Shown piece after piece: positions 20,162-36,469 of a stretch of 50,614 bases of DNA. Both the position numbers and the translations under genes were made by a program. Source of the DNA: Protoeuglena noctilucae (lineage: Eukaryota); the NCBI GenBank assembly GCA_958009085.1, contig OY253690.1, forward strand, positions 372,001 through 422,614, written 5' to 3'. The stretch's first letter is position 1; the number at the start of each line of letters is the position of its first letter. A model generated the notes under the pieces. That model had not been told where the DNA came from. It saw only the letters and a program-made list of their open reading frames with translations, and ran no database searches.

Positions 20162-20622
20162 GATAGCAAAAAGGCTCGTCCGTGGCCCTGTGCGGCCCAA
20201 GGGAGTCGCTGTCAACGAATGCCCGTCAGATGATGAACAGAGGCGACAGCGTCACACGAGTTTCCTCATTGAAAGGAGCGGAAAGACCCAACGCATGCGA
20301 GTGCAGGCGCCACTACTGAGAACGGCCCACTTTTCGGAACGCCATGTGATTCCGTGCTGCGAGTGACGACTATCAAACTCGTTCCTCCGCTCGTGCACCT
20401 CCACCAAAAGGGACACCACTGTGTGTCTGTCACTGCTTTTGAATATTGTGGCACATTCGTGCACAAGTGTGACATGTGGATCAATCCTGCCTGCGCGAGG
20501 TTTGCGTGGGTCGCGGGCATCGCGCCTGAGCCAGCGGATCCGCGCAGATTTTCCATGCTGTGATGGTGGAGCCTGGATGCCGGCGAGCGGCAGCAGTTTC
20601 TTGGCGCGGTCGCCACGCGTAT

Positions 20623-22555
20623 ATGCACATCCTCTTCCTCGCGTGGTGCATCCTTGTATGGACGCTGAGGTGACTTCCTCACGTCGGGACCCTGGCCGGA
20701 AAGCGTGCGTGGGTCCGGCAACGAGAGGATACGCGTATTTGCAGGACTGGAGCCGCGCAGGAGAAAAAAGGAGAGATCCACACACTCATCGCGGTGGCTG
20801 GAGAGAAGTATGAGCTCCACTTCAAGCCCAACGAGCTGCTAGATGATGCCTTCGTGCGCTTTCTCCGCGACACGCCGTGGCCCTTCTCCCGACATCTGCT
20901 CGAGTCGCTCGCTCGGACAGCGTTTCGTCAGGTGGGCTCGTGCGCGGAACAGCTCGGTGGCTGGGGCCCACGGATGTGGGGAATCAACGCGCTGCCGCCG
21001 GATGCAGGCCGTGGAGGAGCGGAGCGTCCCCCGCGTCCGTCTCGTGATCAGGCATCCTCGTGCGCCGGGCGTAGAGTGCCTCCTGGACTCCTACTCCGGA
21101 GATGACTTCCAAGAAACGCTGCGCGGAATGCTGGCCCAGGTGGGGGCACGCGGGTCGCATCTGGGGCAGCTGGGGCGATGTGGGGAGCGGCTCGACGTTC
21201 CAGACCTCGCCTTCGCCGCGCCCAGTGCGGGATGGAAGCTGGGGACGGCGAAGGCCTCGGGACAGCGACGCACTGGCGCCTGGTGTCGGTCCTGTCGATG
21301 GACGGGGGGGAAGACCTCAACCTCAGCTCGCCAGATCCGGGAAAGTTCCGAGTGTGGGAGGGCGAGCGCCTGCGCGACAAGCTCCCGCCCTTCCTCGCCG
21401 ACGCGGGCGTCGCGGATGCCAGTCACACAGGCGCGCTCCTGCGTCGCGCAGGTGGGTGCTGAGCTCAAGAAACATCTCAACGCCAGAGGACATCACTAGC
21501 CAGGCATCTTGTGGTATCGCTGGCTTCGACCCACGCCCGCAGAGGAGAGGCTGAGGGAGACCCTGCTGGGCAGTGACGTGGCACCCGCCCTGTGGAGCAT
21601 GCCACCCCAGGCGACGGCGGCCGGCTACGAGCCGGACCAGGCATTCGCCCTCCGCCGCGGCGGCAGCGCACCGGCGTGGGCGGTGGACTACGGCGTCGTC
21701 CAGATTCCGAGCACTGGCTTCTGCAACAACCACTACTATCACGTCGTCGAGTGCTTCCTGGGACTCTTCGCCTGGTCCCGGGAGCACCGCGTGCCGGGCA
21801 GGGAGGTGGTGCAGGTGGTCGTCGTACACCCTGCCATGCGCATGCCGACCCACGATTTCTTCGCCTCAGCGTTGTTCCCTGAGGCAAGCATTGCCCCTGA
21901 GACCCCGGCCAGCCTGTCCGTTGCGGTGGTGGCTGCGAAGGCTGGTCTGGGAGACAACATCCCCCAGCGACCCATCGACACCAACCGAGCACTGGAGCAC
22001 TCCGCGGTCGTCGAGTCCTTTTGGTTCCCGGAGTTCCTGGCCGCCGTGTACGCTGCTGCTGGCGCGTCCCCCCGGCCCCGGCCCGCGAGCCCCGGCGAGG
22101 TGCGCGCCGTGTACGTGCGGCGCGCCATGAGCCTGCGGGAGCTGGGCGACGAGGACCTGGCGCGGCTGGCGTCGGTGATGCTGGAGGAGCACGGGGTGGC
22201 GCTTGAGGTGGTGCGGTTCGAGGCCATGACGGTGGAGGAGCAGGTGCGGCTGTCGGCCAGGGTCGATCTCATGGTGGGCGTGCACGGCAACGGCCTGACC
22301 AACCTGCTGTGGATGCCGCCGCACGGGGCGGTGCTGGAGCTGTTTGCGGCCGACTGGCACTTCTACGATTATCAGATGCTGAGCGAGATCAGCGGGCACC
22401 TGTACAGCGGGGTGCAGGAGGGCAACCCGCATCCGTACCGGCGGGGGTCGCAGCGAGAGTCCGCGTACGGCTTCCCAGTCTTTGCCCCAGGCGCGATCGA
22501 CTGGGTCCTCGTTAGCTCGGAGCTGAGGTTCCTGCTAAGCTGGATGATGGGCTAG
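20623..22555 (+). CDS. Glycosyltransferase family 61 (DUF563-type) protein with signal peptide (spliced)
   Basis: MHILFLAWCILVWTL signal; NHYYHVVECF; EQVRLSARVDLMVGVHGNGLTNLLWMPPHGAVLEL. Confidence 0.8.
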
Positions 22556-22658
22556 GAAGCTTTTAAACACGCAGACTTCCAGTCCTGTGGTGTTTATAAA
22601 CACCGGTTTGGGTTGTGAGGGCCCGTGGTGGCCAATGCGTGGCGGGTGCGGCCCCCGC

Positions 22659-23824
22659 TCAGATCTGCCCCGTGCCTTCGGCCGGGGCGGGGGCGTCGGT
22701 CACCGGGGTCTTGTCCTTGGCCGCCCTCTTCTTGGAGCCCTTGGCTGCAGCGGCCTTCTTGGCTCCCTCCGGCTTGGCCTTGGCGCCAGCCTTGGGGGCT
22801 GCGGCAGAAGGCAGGGGCAGGGAGCGGCAGTGAGAGCGGTCTGGTGCGTGCGGCGCCGGCGCGTGGATTCCAGCTCTCGGCACTCACCGGCCTTCTTCAC
22901 CCCCGAAACCCTGGGCTTGGTCGCCTTCTTGGCCGAGGCCGCCTTCTTGGCCGGGGTGGCCTTCTTGGCCTTGGACGGGGTGCCCTGCGAAGGTGTGGTG
23001 GGAGGCGTCGCCGCGGGCTAGCGTCGCACCGTAAAAGGGCAAGTGCGTGCCGCCATTCCAGGGCCTAACCCTAGCCCAGCCCATGCCACGCCCCTCGCCT
23101 GCGCCTTGGCCTCCGGGTCCTTGGCCGCCGCCCTCTTCTTGAGCGTTGCCTTCCTCGCCGCCCTCGCTGCGATTAAAGAAGGCGCGGAGTTTGTGAACGC
23201 CGCGGGCGCGCCGTGGCAAGGGCTGGCGGGCTCCCCACCACCGCACGCACCGACGCCGTCCGTTGCCTTGGCTGCCACCTTGCGGGGCTTGGGGGCCGCC
23301 TTGGCCTCCGCGGAGCCGTGCGCCTCTTCGGCGTCCTTGGCCTTGGAAGCGCGCTTGCGGGGCTTCTTGTCCTCCTTCTTCAGCTCGTCGCCCAGGCGGT
23401 AGGACGCCTGCGGCCGCATCACCAGACCGGCCCTGGCCACAAGCCCGCGCTGCCCCCGCCCCGCCACTGCGCTCAGATAACAGACAGCGCGCGGCCTCGC
23501 GCCAGACCCCTTGCCTTCTCCTTCGTCAGCTTCCCGGCCTCCACGAGCTTCCGGAGCTGCACCAACAGCTGCTTGTGGAAGTGCTCGCCGACCTGGAAGT
23601 TGGCGCCGATGTACTTGGCAATGGCCGCGGAGGACTGCGCCTTCCGGGTGCCGAGGGCCTTGATGGCTGCGTGGGGGGCGGGGCCGGCTCACGCGTGCAA
23701 CCACCCCACGCGCGACATGACCCGCCGGGCCGCCGTGCGCGCGCCGCGCCTCACCCCGGGCCACCATGACCTCGTACTTGGGGTGGGAGGGGGCGGGCTT
23801 GCCCGCCGTCTTCGTCTTCGCCAT
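22659..23824 (-). CDS. H1: Linker histone H1 (spliced)
   Basis: Globular domain SHPKYEVM/AIKALG..SSAAIAKYI..LRKLVEAGKLTKEK/ASYRL, followed by a Lys/Ala/Pro-rich tail. Confidence 0.92.
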
Positions 23825-24674
23825 GTCGCGCGCGTTCTGCAGGCGCCAGCGAGGGGGGCGCCCGTCGACCGCTCCGGGCCGTCCCGCCGCTCGCAAAAGG
23901 ACCCAAACCCCCCGAAAGCGGCGCCATGGAATGTTCTGCGCCAGCGGCACTGCTCCCGCGGGGAGCGCGGGGCCCGGCGCGGCCCGGGCGGGGCCCCAAA
24001 GCAGCGGGGGCGAGAATCCCGAGGGACCCCTGGCCACGGCCTCAATCCCTCGTTTCCTGAAGAAACCCCGCCCTCCTTGCGGCCTCGCCAAGTCAAAAGG
24101 AAGGGCCTATGGAGCGGAAGGCGAGCGGGGTGGGCGGAGAGCGCGGGCGGGTTTTGAAAAAAGGCCCAGAAAGCGACCCCCCCCGGCCACCCGCCGCCCC
24201 CGGGCGGGCAGACGCGACGGAGGACCGTCCAGTTGCCTGCCCTTCGCGAGAAAAGGGCACAGGCGGGGAGGCGGGGGCAGCCGCGGACGCGCGACGCGGG
24301 AGGAGCGGGGTTGCCTCGGGCTCGGTGCCGGGCAACAACGCCGCCGCATGCGGCCCGGCGAGGCCGCCCCCGGGGCTTGGATGCTCGGCACGCATCCACC
24401 AAAGGCCATGGACGAGCCGGGTGCGGGGGCGCGGGCCTCCGAGCGACGACGTGACCCGAGACGGGCGGGACGCAGGGACGCACCTTGTCGCTCGATACGA
24501 GAGATGTGGCGCAGATGGAGCCGAGGTGCCGCCTCTAGTAGCAAGCTCGCGCTGTGGTTTTGCCCGCTTGTTTGAAACTGCAGGCGGCAGGGAGTCGATA
24601 TCGACGCCCAGGAAGCCCGAAAAGCAAGATCACGACGCGTTCGGCGTGCTGAACGACATCCATCACGCCCCGCA

Positions 24675-27416
24675 TCAGCTGCTGCTAGGGACACGCGGCC
24701 GCGGTGGGCCATGCAGCGCGGTGGGCTGGGGCGGGAGCGGACCCCCGGGCGGCTGAACCCCGCGCGAATCTGGGAGGGCCAGGACGATGTCGGGCATGCC
24801 CGGGTGGCCCGCCCCCGGCTCCTCCGGCGCGTGGCCCCAGAGCGCGGCAGCGGGCACGACAGCGTCCTCGATGAAAGGGCTGTGCCCGGGTGCGGTCAGG
24901 TCGTCCGTGTCCATGGGAGGCGCGGCTGGGGTGGGCGTGGTGGCGATGTTGGCCTTGTTCATGATGTTGGCGATGTCGAGCGACCGGTCCGTGCCGTTTG
25001 TCTCCACGGACGACTGCGGGACGAGTGGGCTCCCCATCGACACGGCGGGGCTGTCGCCGATGCGCCGCCGCTTGACAACGCCCGGAGCGGCGGACGGCCC
25101 CGGGTGGGGGCCGCGTTGCATCTGGGCCGGCAGGTTCTCGTGGCTGATGGCCAGCACGTGCGGGTGCAGGAAGCTGTGGGGCGGCAGGGCGTTGAGCGTG
25201 TGTCGCCGGTCGAGGCCCTGCGCACAGGGGGGCAAGCGGCCGCGCATGAGCGGGGCGAGGTGGGATGAGAGTGGTTGGCAGGAGGAGCGGCGCAGGAGCG
25301 GCACAGGAGCGGCGCAGTGACCTGCGCAGCCCTCACCCACCGTGTCGCGCCCTCCACCATGCTCGCCGACCCGGGCAGACCCTCGTGCGGAGCGCGGCTC
25401 TGAGGCCAATTTACGGGCCCCGTGGCCCGCGGTGCGCGAATGGCCTCTCCGCTGCGGCGCCCTGTGGGGCCCACCCGTGCGCCCGCGGAGCCGTCCCGCG
25501 GGGGCAGCGCGTGCGGAGGGAGGAGGGCCACCGGGGTCGCCCCTCGCATCCCCAAGCCCCCGGCCGCCGTGAAGAAAGCCGAGCCGGCCGGCGCCGACCC
25601 GGCGGTGCCCCCCCGCGGCAGGTCCCCGAAGGGGGTGCCGGACGCGTCCGACAGCTTGGCGTGCGCAGCGCCCGGGATGTCCAGGGCAGGCGTGGCGGCC
25701 GGGGTGCCCTCGAGGGGCCGCGGGCGCCCGTGAGTTTTGGCGTAGATGCCGCATGCGTTGCAGAGCAGCTGGCCCGACGCCTTGTCCTTGCGCCACTGCA
25801 AAGAGGGCAGACACGGGCGAGTATTAGGACAAACGTGACGTGGGGAAGGAGTCCTTCAGGCAGGCATGCTGCCAAAGACGAAACGCCCTGCGCCACTTGC
25901 CAGGGGCGTGCTGGTCGTGCCGCAGTTGGCGCACGCGTTGGAGCCCGGGGCGCCCGACGCAGCCGTGAGGGGTGACGATGGCGTGGGGGACGCCGTCGTG
26001 GCGAAAGGTGCCGCCCCAATGCTGGTGCGCCCCGGCGGGTGTCGCGGCACCATGCTCGTGACCCCGGGGCCAGAGGCCAGGACTGTGGCGCAGCGAGGAT
26101 CGGGGCGCGGCAGTGAGGCAGTCCTTGTGTACTCTCCGGACTGACAGGCCCGAGGGCCGCGGGACTCACCGGGCGTGCCGTAGGGCGTGTTGTGGGTCGT
26201 GTGCACCCCCGCGACCCCGCGGCCCGCCCGCCCGTGCGGGGGGGCCCCCCGCCCCGGCCCCGCGTGCTCCGGCATGGCCCACCCGGCCCCCAGCGCCGGC
26301 GACCGCTCCCAGACCCCGACCTTGTCCTCCCGCCCCTCGGGCCCCGAGGCATATCCCGCCTCCCGCTTGTGCCCCGCCGCCTGCGCCGAGCCCGCGAATT
26401 CAAAGATGACCTCTGCCGCCACCTGCTCGCTCATCTGGCCCCCCGAGTTGCTCTCCAGCAGGGAGCGGATCAAGCTCTCGCGCCGCGGCGTCTCCACGCC
26501 CATCCTGCAGGGGCCACGGGCGGGCCCGGCGTCAGCGTAAGCGGCCGCGGGGCTGACTGACGAATGCGCCCCTCCACCCTCGCCCTCGCTCACCCATCCA
26601 GTGGGTTGCCGTTGTCCGCTGGCACAGCGACTCTCCTGCAGGAACCGAACGAACGAGCTCTGCAGTGTGCACAGTCATCCGCGCGGCGGGGGGAAGCGCG
26701 ACGCAGGCGAGGCGCGCAGCACGCACCACGCCAACCCCGGGTCGTGGGGTCCCCTCGACGCTTCACTCGGCCCGCTGCCCAGGTAGGCGCCCTCCCCGTC
26801 CTCCCCGTCGCTGCTGTCCTCGCCGGGGTAAAGCAGGTGACGATTCGCCACGCGGCGGCGCAGTCGGGACTTGAGCGGCCCCGGCGCGTCGCCCCTGCAT
26901 CACACAGCGACAGATGCAGCATGGAACCTGCGCAGAACTGATGCACCCTCAGTCAGGGCACCCTCCCAGGTGCTCCGCTCACCTCGGCTCGTCGTCCATT
27001 GCTGTCGCGGGCGGGAGCCCACCCCCGACGTCCGCCCTCCTGTTGGCCTGCGGGCCCTGGGCCAGCTCCACCGGCCGATGCTTGCCGTGGTTCTGCGGGC
27101 GCTGGGGAGGGCAGGGCCGGTGTGACGGCGAGGCTCGCGCCCCCCGGGCGACGCGGCCTGCGCATCGCGCGCTCGCCTTGAAGTAGATTCCGCACGCATT
27201 GCACAGGACCATGCCGGATGTCTGGGGGCAGGGGGGGGGCATGTTGGCCGCCCTCCCTGCGGGCGGGGACCCTCCCCGGCGCGCCAGCGGCTTCGCTGGA
27301 CTCGCCTTGTCCTTCCTCCATAGCGGCGTCACGCTCGTCCCGCAATTCCCGCACGTTTTGGCCCCGCCGTGGCCCGCCGTGCCCGCGGGGAGGCCCCCCG
27401 GGCTCGCGGACGACAT
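24675..27416 (-). CDS. GATA transcription factor with two CX2CX18CX2C zinc fingers (spliced; ends approximate)
   Basis: Finger 1 CGNCGTSVTPLWRKDK/TSGMVLCNACGIYFK; finger 2 CANCGTTSTPL/WRKDKASGQLLCNACGIYAK. Confidence 0.88.
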
Positions 27417-28409
27417 GCTCCCCCGCCCGCCCTGCGATTCGAGGAGGGCGCGCGTCATCGCCGGACCGAGAGCGCGCGGGGCGGGGGACGAGACCGGCAT
27501 CGCGTCCCGGAGCGCGCCCCAGGAGGACGTGGACGGGGAGGGCCCGGGCGCGCCCCGTCGGCGCACGGGACCGCGGCGAGAGCGCACAGAGCGCGCTGAA
27601 AAAGTCAAGCGAGCCATCCGCTTCGGCGAGGGCCGGCTCGGTGCGCTCCGGCGCGGGCAAGGGCGCGGTCCCGCCCGAAAAAGATGCCGGGCGCGGACGG
27701 CCCTCAGAACCCGCGCGGCATGCGTCCGCAGCATAGATGCGCCCATCGCGGAGCAAGCGAGCGCGGCTGGAGGGCCCGGCGCGCGGGAGGCAAGGCTAGG
27801 GAAGGCCGAAAGACTCCGGGGGACAAATCGACTCCCGCCGAAACTAGGTGCTATTCCAGGAGCGAATAATGCAACGGGAGGAGTCTCGGTCCCATCGCGA
27901 CGCGCGCCGGGTCGCTTCTGCGAGTCCCAGGCCCATCGGGCCCCGAACGGGCCCACGGGACGGCGTCAGCACGCGTGCGATTGACTCGCGAAGGACCATC
28001 GCGGGCGTCGGGACGTGGGATCCCCGGCATCGGCCTCGCAGATGCCCTGCTCACCCGCTCGAGGTCCGCGCGCGCGTTCCGCTTCAGATTAGGGCGCAGC
28101 GCCGACGTCTTAAGCCGCAAGATGGCCGGGGTCGCCCGCGAACCTCCACGCGCGCAGTGGCTCGCCCTAGGGTTCGGCGCTCGCGAGAGCCGAATCGTCC
28201 CTAAAACTCGCGTCGCGATTATCAGGTGATAATGACGAACGTAATTGGTGGGCGTGCCGACGCCAGGCTCGCGCTTCTGCACTCCGACTCTGACCGTCGG
28301 ACCTGACTCGACCTGAGGGGCGCCAAGGGGAACGCCTCCGCCTCCCCCGCCGCAGAAAACAGCTGCCTATTGACGATTTAGATCCCTCGAGCTGCCCTGG
28401 CGCGCAACC

Positions 28410-31803
<3,394 letters not shown>

Positions 31804-31938
31804 AACGTAGGGCAGGCGCGATGACGCCCGCCAGTTGCCTTCAACTCTTGGACATCTAGTCAGCTCGTGAGGGAGCTGAGGTTGCGCGTGCCTCTTGAAC
31901 AGTTCCGGGGCTATTCGAAACTCAAGCTACGCCTGTTT

Positions 31939-33259
31939 CTAGTAGAAATCTGGAAGAGCTTTGCGGGCTGCGGAGACGTCACCCCATGGCATGAAGCCCA
32001 CCGCCACGGGAGGGAGGCCGCTGTAGAAAGACCGGGAGTCAAAGGAAAGCCTCCCCGTGTGCCCCACCACGCGTGTGGTGTCCGCCCATATGTCCCAGCC
32101 CAGCGCCCGCACGCGCTCGGCAAAGGCCGTGTAGTCGTTCGGGGACTGCGGCACGGCAGAGGGGCATGGTACGTCGTTCCGTGCAGGCCGCCGGCTGCTA
32201 CAAATGGAAGCCGGTGTTTGGGACCACCCGCGCAAGGGACGCACCTGTGCGCCCCCCCCCTCGAGTCCCTGCATGCAGAAGACGCAGGGAACCACTCCCT
32301 GGGCCGCATCGGCGATCCACGTGTCGGGGAAGAAGGCCAGGAGCTCTTCCGCCACGTGTCGCTTCGCGAGGACGAGGCCTGTGGCGAGCCAGGGCCCCGC
32401 ACTTCTTGACAGTCACTGCGGCAGCGACGCCCGGTGCACTGAGCGTAGCCTCACCGAAGCCGACGCTCTTGACGCGGATGAAGCCGTCAACTGCGCGATC
32501 GTGATCCTTCAGCTCAACCGAGGAGAACAGGTGGACGTTCCTCTCAAACGCCAGGCCCGGTAAGACGACGCCAGCCGTGGTCGCCTGCATCTCAGAAGTG
32601 TGCATCTCAGAAGCGCGGCACCCAGCCGCCGGCCGGCAGAGCGTGGCAGGACTGCGGGGAGCTGCCCACCTCCATGACGTCCTCGTATTCGGGCTTGAAG
32701 CGGTGCAGGAGCGCGGGCACCGACGCAACGTCCGCGTCGAACGCCAGCAAGCGCTCCACGTCCGCTGCGGACGCGAGGGGCCTCACGCGCGAATCCGCAA
32801 GCGTGCGCGCAAAGTCGGCTTCAAAGATTGCGCGATGATTTCCCAGTGGTGCTCTCTCACTGGGTTTGAACTCGATGTCCCCGTCGGCGAACAGGAGATG
32901 CGTTACGGAGGGGTCGCGCAGGGCCATGGACAGGGATCTCGATCGCAGAATGGGAATTTCTGATGTACCAGTTTGAAGGAACAGCTGCGGAGCGGGGAAC
33001 GCTCGCGAACGTGAGGTGGCAGACTGCGAAAACATGCGCATGCTTCCACAGCCCGCAGGCCCTCGCTCACGCGCAGTTGCACCCTCCCCGATCGATCCAG
33101 GACATTATAGTAATTCATGAGGTCGAGGGCAGACGTGTAGCCCCAGTCAGTGAAGGACAGGCCATTGCCGATGGATGCCAGCGCCACGACCGCCTGCGCC
33201 GCGCGGGCCACTCCCTGCAGCGCAAGGACGGCCGCGACGGCCACAACCAGAGCAATCAT
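31939..33259 (-). CDS. GT-A fold glycosyltransferase-like protein with signal peptide (spliced), paralog of 15524-16804
   Basis: MIALVVAVAAVLAL; THLLFADGDIEF; DYTAFAERVRALGWDIWADTTRVVGHTG. Confidence 0.75.
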
Positions 33260-33477
33260 GGCCGCAAAGCCTCGCGGCGAGGCCCTGGAAATCCGTGTAC
33301 GGGCCAGCAGGCGAACCGCAACTCGCTGCCGCTAGAGCTGCTTATAGCAAGAACGGCGATGCGATCGCCGATCCGCAGCGACACTGCGAGCGGCAAAACA
33401 TGCCGATGCCAGCTCCACCCAGTGAAACCAGACCGGGACCTGAGACCCCGCCCTCTGTGTCAGGGAACAAGTTTCCC

Positions 33478-36469
33478 TCATCGGACGCCCATCTTCCTCA
33501 GGCCCAGCCGCACTCGGGCGATCTCCTTGTTCAGCACTTCCAGTCTCGCTTCCACTTCCGCCTGCGAGCCTCGGGTTCGTGAGCTCGCGCTCTCCAGATG
33601 CGCGCCCACCTCACCCAACTTGCATGAGCACGTCACGCACCTTGCGCTCCCGCTCCCTCCTTGTCTTCCCGGCAGTTCCCGCGGGCATCTTCGCGTACTC
33701 GGCCTCCAAAGCGCTTTTCTCCACGGAGAGCCCCAGGAGCTCGCGCTCCAACGCATCGATGTCACCCGTTGTGTCGGCACCTCCGCTCTGGGGGGTGGAG
33801 CTAGTCGGCTCAGGAAGGGGCCGGGGGGCGGGTGCCGAGTTCAGGGAACTGAGGACGTCCGCGGGCCTTACAGCAGGCCTGCGGGAGGGAGATGTTGGTC
33901 CAACGTTTCTGCCGCAGCTGAGGACGACACGCCCATGCAGCGTGCGACAACACGCATCACCTTCCCATCTGCGCGTGAGGCCGGACGGGCTCGGACGGCG
34001 CAGCGGCCGTGGACTCCACTGGGCGGCTCCACCGACTCAGTCGCGTGTTGGCGGCCCGTGTCCCTGCCCCCTGATCGGCCTCTCTCTCCACGGGTCCTCG
34101 GGGGCCAGCAGAGCCTTGAAATCCGCCGCGACGCTCAGGCGCGGGCTCGACTGCCGCGGAGAAGACTGGCGGCGGAAGGCGGGACGGGGCAGGCACCCGT
34201 GGCCCACGCACCTCTGTAGGCCCTGCTTCCTCGCGCCTCCCTGGCAGAGGACCGGGAGGCAGGGGCAGGGACTCCATCACGCGCCGCGCCACGCTGTCAG
34301 ACAAGAAGTGCATGAAGGCGTCCCTGCAGGGACAGCCAGGACAGGCAGGGTGTCAACTCGCTGGACAGAACGGGGCCCAGGCGCCCAGGTCCCCCCCCCG
34401 CCTGCAGTGCACCTCCGCGCCCGGACTTCCGGATCCATGGCCGCGCCCGGGAGGAAGAGGTCCTCGACGCTCAATAGCCGCCCCCCCGACCCCGGCCGGT
34501 CCAGGGAGGGGGCCCCTCCCTGCCCGGCAGCCGCCACCGACGCCCGCACTGCCTCCGCTGCCAGCTGCCGCAGTAGATCCACGGAGAGCGGACCCTGCCC
34601 CGGATCTTGCTCGCGCGCCGCGGGCTGGCCGCGCCAGGACAGCTCGCCCCGCAGCCACGCCACCTCGGCCCTTGCATCGGCCAGCGCGCCATCCAGGGCA
34701 GACGCCTGGCCCCGCAGCGCGCGCAGCTGCGATTCCAGTCCGGCGGCATGGGCCGATGCGCGCTGCGCTTCCCCCGCCAGCGCCGCCCGCTCCGTGGACA
34801 GGCCCTGGTGCGCTGCAGCCGCATCCGCCAGCGCCGCCCGCAGCCGGGCACACTCGGATTCGAATGCAGCCGCGGCCTGGCGAAAGGAGGATCGCTCCTG
34901 CAGCAGTCTTTCCACTGAAAGGGGGCAGGAAACGCGGCAAGAGTTACGGCACGAGGTCGCCAGAAATGCCTCATACCTGCATCCCGCGTCTCACCCGAGT
35001 GTTCCGTGCGCCTCTCTGCCTCCAAGGCCTCCTCCGCCCTCCGCCGCTCTCCGCCCGCCTCGGCCTGCAGCTCCGCGCACCGCCGGCTGAGCGTCTCCGC
35101 CTGCCGCGCAGCCTCACGCCAGGCCTCCGTCGCCCGGCCCAAGTCCGTCTCGCGGGCCGCCACGGCCCGGCTGGCGGCAAAGATCTCGCCCTCCAGGTGC
35201 TGGGCGCGCTGGGAAAGCTCCTGCAGCTGCCACTGCGAGCGGGGCAAGACCGGCTTCAGTCACGGACTCCTCGCAGCCCCCTGGAAGCGCCGCTCATCCC
35301 CGACGTACCCTACTCCGGGACTCCTTCTCGAGCATGCCCCGCAGCGCCAGGGCCAGGCGGTCCCGATCCTCCACGCTGGCACGCATCGCAAGCTGCATGC
35401 GGCGAGCCAGGCCCGTGACCTCCTCAGCTGCTCGCTCCGCGGCAGCCGCGGACGCGAGCGCGGCCGCCGCCCTGGCGCGCTCCTGCAAGCGATGAGGTAC
35501 AACAGCTGTTCGCACTCCTCGACGCGCCTTGGGTCAGGGTGGTGGCCGCGCACGCTGGACCCCCACCTGCTCCAGCTCCTCCGCCATGCCCTTCATGGCT
35601 GAATGGGCGTGAGCAAGACGCCGCTCGAGATCGTGGGCGCGCTCCACCCACACCTCCGCTGCCTCCGGCAGAGCCCCGGGGCCGTCCCGGTCCGACGCAG
35701 GGGGTGGCGAGGCCCACGCTGGGCGACCCTCGGGAACAGCTGTCGGGGGGAACAGCTGTCGGGGCCCCGCCTGGCCCACTGGGGACTGATACTGAACACT
35801 GTTGTACAGCTTTCGCGTCCCGGGCCCGCCCTTCGCCTCCCCGCTCCAGGGCCCCGGGGCAGACCGCCGGAGCTCGTCCCATGGCACGGCCCTCCCCGCA
35901 TCGGCGGCAAGAGGGAGGGCAACGGGCGCATCGAGGGCGACGAAGGACGTCTCCGCTGGCAGGAACACCAGGCCTGCGTCCCTGTCACCCTCCACATCCT
36001 GTGCCAAAAAGCTGCCCGCCTGAGCTCGCCCTTCCAACCACTCCACGGACTCCGCAATCAGTCGCGGTTGCGGCGGCGTTCGGGGAACGACCGGCGAGGC
36101 GTCCAGCGCTGCCGGCGGTGGCGGGGCGACCTGGCCGGGGGCCCCCTCCCGCAACTCTGGCCCCTCAGCCTTCGCGGCGAGCCGCAAGGGCTCCCGAGCG
36201 TGGGCCGCGTCGCCTGGACTCGGAACGGGGCTGCGACGGATCTTTGTGGATGCGGGAGAGGGGCCCGGGCTCCGCTCCGAGTCCGTGCTGCGCCGCAGCC
36301 GGTGCTTCGCGGCGAATGGAGACATGTCGGCCAGAAGAGCTTGATCTGCGTTCTCGCTGCTGGGGGGCAGGAACAGGGACGCTTCAGGAGGGCTGTATCC
36401 ATGCAGAAGACAGCCGCTGCAGAGCGCGCCGCACTCGCACACGAGCCCACCTCTGCTGGACGCGCGCAT
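33478..36469 (-). CDS. Uncharacterised coiled-coil protein (spliced)
   Basis: Chain of minus-strand exons with heptad-like Ala/Glu/Arg/Leu content (HDLERRLAHAHSAMKGMAEELEQ; AEVEARLEVLNKEIARVR) after a Pro/Ser-rich N-terminus. Confidence 0.6.
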
